DNA from: an uncultured Armatimonadetes bacterium
GTDB lineage: Bacteria; Armatimonadota; Hebobacteria; Hebobacterales; Hebobacteraceae
Direction of reading: 5' to 3'
NCBI GenBank assembly: GCA_963716175.1
Contig: OY970296.1
Span: 3,456,001-3,520,000, forward strand
DNA length: 64,000 bases
Position 1 is the stretch's first letter. Every line of letters begins with the position of its first letter. This document shows positions 60,667-64,000 of the stretch, in pieces. The notes beneath the pieces are model-generated. The model ran no database searches. It worked only from the letters and a program-made list of their open reading frames with translations, and was not told the DNA's origin. Made by a program: the position numbers and the translations under genes.

Positions 60667-61397
60667 TGCAGGAATGGCGGCTGGGCAGTCAGATCATCTA
60701 TGCCATCGGTCCCCTCGAGGAGTATCTCGCGGCGCTTGATCTCTCGCCGCGCCTGGAGGGATGCGAGCAGCGCATCATCCTCGTGGTGGGCGATCCCGGC
60801 ACAGGGAAAACCGTTGCCGCTCGCATCTATGCCCGAGACTGTGACCGCCATCCGATCTACATCGCCATGCCCGCGGCCGAGATGCTCCGCCCCCGGGATC
60901 TCCTCGATATCCTCGGCCGCCCGGTCGGGCTCAGCTTCGACCTCCATTACCCCCGCTATGAGGTGGGGCAGCAGCTCGCCCGTGACAGCCTCGATCGCCC
61001 CCGCATCTTCCTTCTCGATGATGCCCATGCCATGGCCAGGGGCGGCTTGCTCGACATGCTCAGGTGGTTGCATGATGCCGGCGGCCACACCTTCGTGCTC
61101 ATCGGGCCGCCATCCCTGGAGAGGGAGTTTGTGGCCCGGCGCGACCTCGCCGGTCGCGTCGCCCTGCGCCACCAGGTCCGCTTACCCAGTGTAGACGAGA
61201 TCGCTCCCCTCTTCGACAGCCTCTCTGCTGAGGCACTGGAGCAGATCCACCAGGAGACAGGCGGCCGCATGCGCCAGGTGATAGCGCTCGAGAAATGGCT
61301 CGGCGAGCTCATCGAGCAGCGCAAGCTCGCCCCCTCGGATCTCGTGCCGAAGCAGGTGCAGATGGTGGCCCGGCACTTCATGGTGAAGGTGGCGTGA
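60666..61397 (+). CDS. AAA+ ATPase (MuB/TniB/TnsC-like)
   Basis: Walker A GDPGTGKT, Walker B FLLDDAH, FVLIG, TGGRMR; TAATG coupling to the transposase. Confidence 0.88.
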   Translation: MQEWRLGSQIIYAIGPLEEYLAALDLSPRLEGCEQRIILVVGDPGTGKTVAARIYARDCDRHPIYIAMPAAEMLRPRDLLDILGRPVGLSFDLHYPRYEVGQQLARDSLDRPRIFLLDDAHAMARGGLLDMLRWLHDAGGHTFVLIGPPSLEREFVARRDLAGRVALRHQVRLPSVDEIAPLFDSLSAEALEQIHQETGGRMRQVIALEKWLGELIEQRKLAPSDLVPKQVQMVARHFMVKVA

Positions 61398-61430
61398 TCC
61401 CTCAGCCATGGAGCGAAATGGGAAGGAGCA

Positions 61431-61670
61431 ATGAGCGGCACGAAAAGGGTGCGGGTCGATCACACAGCGGGCAGCCTAGCCAAGGTCGGAGTCGGGATCT
61501 TAGAAGGCGGGGGCGGCTACCTTCTAGAGTGCCGCATCTGTCTCCAGATATGGTCGCCGATGCAGGACATCCCGCTGGAAGAACTGACGACGAGGCGGCG
61601 GTTGCCCCGCGGCTGGTGGCATTGCCCCAACGGGCGCAATCATCCCAGCAAGGAGCCAGCGAGTAGCTAA
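61431..61670 (+). CDS. small Cys-containing (possible Zn-ribbon) protein
   Basis: AGGAG RBS; ECRIC...W...LPRGWWHCPNG. Confidence 0.6.
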   Translation: MSGTKRVRVDHTAGSLAKVGVGILEGGGGYLLECRICLQIWSPMQDIPLEELTTRRRLPRGWWHCPNGRNHPSKEPASS

Positions 61671-61999
61671 TGGGCACGAAGCGGCTTCCCCGAGATACAG
61701 AGAAGCAGAAGGCCTGGGCCCGCAAGCTCGGCGCCCAGGCAATCATCCCGCCAATCTGCTGCTTCCGTTACTACCGGGAGAGCATCGGGCAGTATTACCC
61801 CCGGCTCTTCCGCCGTGCCTTCGAGCTCGGCGCCGTCGCCGCGCTCAAGCAGGTGCTGCAGGAGATCGCCCAGCCCGATGATCCCTGCGCCGGGCTCCCC
61901 CCACACCTGGTCAAGTCTGCCCGGGCCACCAAGCGCGCCCGGGAGAGGAAGGCGGCACAGATCCACCCCGGCCGGGGGTCTAAGAGGGCGGCAGCATGA
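61670..61999 (+). CDS. hypothetical protein
   Basis: ORF starting right after the upstream stop, basic C-terminus. Confidence 0.5.
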   Translation: MGTKRLPRDTEKQKAWARKLGAQAIIPPICCFRYYRESIGQYYPRLFRRAFELGAVAALKQVLQEIAQPDDPCAGLPPHLVKSARATKRARERKAAQIHPGRGSKRAAA

Positions 62000-62089
62000 T
62001 CCGAAGCAGACCGGGGCACCCTAAGGGGTTCTCCGGTTCACAGATAGCTGGCGGCGGCAGGGGCAACCAATGCGAGGAGGAAATCGCCC

Positions 62090-62473
62090 ATGCCTGAGAG
62101 GACGGTCGAGGGGTCGGACCCGGCGCGGCCAGCCGGGGTAGAGGAGCAGGAGGCGAAGATCATGCAGCGGTACTGGCGCCTGGAGATCATCACCGACGAA
62201 CCCGAGAGGGGACCGTGGCAGGAACTTCGCGACTTCTGGGCCCAGCTCAGCGGACGGATCCAGTCAGACATCGCGAAAGTGAGGGCGTTCTCGGCGAGCC
62301 CCGGAGCGCCTGAGAGCAAGAGAGCATGGATCGCGGTGTGCGCACAGGATGCCGAGCACGACCTCGGCGACGCTGCGGTGCTAGTGCGGTTCGCGATCGC
62401 GGAGCTGGAGCGGCTGGATTCCTCGCTAGGGGAAGCCGCAGAGGAAATGTCGCAGGCGCTCAAGGCCAGGTAG
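62090..62473 (+). CDS. hypothetical helical protein
   Basis: GAGGAGG RBS. Confidence 0.55.
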   Translation: MPERTVEGSDPARPAGVEEQEAKIMQRYWRLEIITDEPERGPWQELRDFWAQLSGRIQSDIAKVRAFSASPGAPESKRAWIAVCAQDAEHDLGDAAVLVRFAIAELERLDSSLGEAAEEMSQALKAR

Positions 62474-62835
62474 CAGGGGCCGGAAGGCCCCAAGAGGTTC
62501 GTGAAAGCTCATCAGTAGCCAAATCCGACCCCTGCCGTCGCCATCATAACAGGACCGGGCCGCTCCCACAAGCCCCATACAGAGGGCCGCGCTCTCCTCT
62601 GAACGCAGGCGGCGATCGCCCTGCAGATCCCGCCCTCCTGGGCCCCAGATCCGGGCGATCCCAGCGCCCTCCCGGGTCCTCGCCGGGGCTCCGAATCCCC
62701 TCTTCACCCCCCTCATCCCCGCCCCGTGTCAGACGTCCGCAGCGTCGAAATAGCACCACAGTATTCCGGGTCAACTCGCGCGACAGACGTCCGTATTCCA
62801 CTTTATCCCCGCGCGCCACAGCTGGGGGGATAATG

Positions 62836-62886
62836 TAAGCATTTGTTTGCAGAAGCCTTGACATAGAAACATGTGTTTGCTATACT
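62836..62886 (+). promoter_or_regulatory. sigma70 promoter overlapped by LexA(SOS)-box-like sites
   Basis: TTGACA(62858)-17bp-TATACT; GAAAC-ATGT-GTTTG between -35 and -10, and TAAGC-ATTT-GTTTG upstream, resembling GAAC-N4-GTTC. Confidence 0.7.
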
Positions 62887-62904
62887 TCGGTCAGGCATCA
62901 GACG

Positions 62905-63165
62905 ATGGCTAGTCTGGAAGTGATCGGGGAGGCGGTCCGGGTCTGCGCCTATTTTCCGTGGGGGCGGATCTCGCCGCGGTGGTTTGAGTGGAAAGGTCGC
63001 TGCTACCGGGTAGCAGAGATTCGGAGCCGCTGGGTGACTAACGAAGGGGTGGGCCGGTGCTATCACTTCGCGGTCACGGTGGAGGGACGCGCCGACCTCT
63101 ACGAGTTGTGCCTGCGTTCCGAGACCATGGGATGGCACTTGGGAGGCATTGACGTGACTGGATGA
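62905..63165 (+). CDS. small conserved protein (DUF6504-like)
   Basis: P.WFEWKGR.YRV..I..RW...YHFAV...LYEL.....W.L pattern. Confidence 0.65.
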   Translation: MASLEVIGEAVRVCAYFPWGRISPRWFEWKGRCYRVAEIRSRWVTNEGVGRCYHFAVTVEGRADLYELCLRSETMGWHLGGIDVTG

Positions 63166-63184
63166 GGACCGGCGATCTGCAGAT

Positions 63185-63314
63185 TAGAAGCTGTTTCATA
63201 ACCTTCCCAGGGGAGGTTATGAAACAGCCCTGCACAACGTCAGGCAGTGGCAGGCGCATTTTATGCGAGGGCGTGGTGCGGCCAGCCAGCAGGTAGGTTA
63301 TGAAATGCGCTCTA
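63185..63314 (+). mobile_element. MITE family B copy 2
   Basis: 126/130 identical to 49759-49888. Confidence 0.8.
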
Positions 63315-63356
63315 CGCAGATGGCATAGATGCAGGGGAGTCTGTAGGGCCAGCGGC

Positions 63357-64000
63357 ATGAGCGATACTAAGCCAAAGGTAAGACGGGTTTTCGCTCACGT
63401 GCGGGTGCACGGCCTGGGCGCTTCGGTGGAGGCGCGAGCGCACGGCGGAGGCAAGCCCGCGGTGCTGTGGGATGAGACCGGGCAGCGCGTGATGAGCGCC
63501 TCCGCCGCGGCCTGGCAGCGCGGGGTGCGGCCGGGTCATTCTCGCTGGGAGGCGGAGCGCCGATGCCCGGAGCTGATCGCGCCGCAGCCGGACCCGGAGA
63601 AGTATGAGTATTTCTGGCAGCGCCTCTTGGATATTTGCGAGGACTATGCGCCGGAGGTGCGAGTAGGAAAAGGATCCGCAGATTACGCAGAGATTCCGCT
63701 CGACCTCACTGGCACCGAGCGCTTGCTCGGACCTGCGAAGGTCGTCGGGTTGGAGATTCGCAACCGGCTGCGGGTGGAGGTGGGGCTGACGGCTTCCGTG
63801 GGCATTGGCCCCAACCGGATGGTGGCGTGGCTGGCCTGTGGGTCGGCGCGGCCCGGCGAAGTAGTCGAAGTGTCGTCGGAGGAGGCGGCCCGATTCGTGG
63901 GAGGGCTGCGCATCGGCGCGCTGCCCGGGGCGGATGCGGAGTGGATCGCGCGGCTGGGTGAAATGGGGATCAGGAGGGCGGAGGAGCTGGCCAAGCTGCC
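63357..64000 (+). CDS. Y-family DNA polymerase homologue, likely catalytically inactive (ImuB-like); 3' truncated by window edge
   Basis: manual translation: HVRVHGLGASVE, GVRPG...EAERRCPEL, LDLTGTERLLG, GLTASVGIGPNRMVA, LPG; open to window end. Confidence 0.8.
   Translation, partial: MSDTKPKVRRVFAHVRVHGLGASVEARAHGGGKPAVLWDETGQRVMSASAAAWQRGVRPGHSRWEAERRCPELIAPQPDPEKYEYFWQRLLDICEDYAPEVRVGKGSADYAEIPLDLTGTERLLGPAKVVGLEIRNRLRVEVGLTASVGIGPNRMVAWLACGSARPGEVVEVSSEEAARFVGGLRIGALPGADAEWIARLGEMGIRRAEELAKL

Larger units (their letters stand above)
50537..62820 (+). mobile_element. putative Mu/Tn7-like transposable element carrying phage tail-chaperone and tape-measure-like genes
   Basis: DDE transposase plus AAA ATPase; imperfect IR 50609-50639 / 62781-62810; TGTGG...CCACA candidate termini; all genes on + strand; left boundary uncertain. 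Confidence 0.65.

Noticed and set aside
50537-62820. CRISPR-associated transposon or canonical Tn7
   Set aside because: No cas, tniQ/tnsD or tnsA gene recognised and no repeat-spacer array.
49759-63314. 130-bp direct repeats as attL/attR of a prophage
   Set aside because: They have their own TIRs (MITE-like), no integrase is present, and they enclose apparent host genes.

Overview
High-GC bacterial chromosome segment, probably from an anaerobe (pyruvate:ferredoxin oxidoreductase, NfnAB, class II RNR). Armatimonadota-like origin is an inference only. Bases 1-50.5 kb are mostly housekeeping: miaB, nrdR-nrdJ, lepB, porGDAB, nfnAB, secG-tRNA-Leu, rplU-rpmA-obgE-proA-nadD-LCP-rsfS, htpX, ispG, a GspE/PilB ATPase, tldD/tldE and a two-component pair. 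This part also holds a small accessory islet (DNA methyltransferase-nuclease fusion, 3-TM protein), a duplicated tRNA-Arg locus bracketing a GIY-YIG nuclease, and many MITE/REP families. The standout is a ~12.2-kb element at ~50.55-62.82 kb bounded by an imperfect 31-bp inverted repeat. It encodes a Mu/TnsB-like DDE transposase, an AAA+ ATPase, four HTH genes, four diverged copies of a phage tail-assembly-chaperone-like domain and a short tape-measure-like protein. No capsid, portal, terminase, tail tube or lysis gene is recognisable, so it is a candidate transposable phage satellite or tail-interference element. It sits just upstream of an SOS-box-controlled operon with an apparently inactive Y-family polymerase. 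Three single-base frameshifts (pcm, obgE, htpX) look like sequencing errors. All family assignments come from motif recognition by eye, not database searches.
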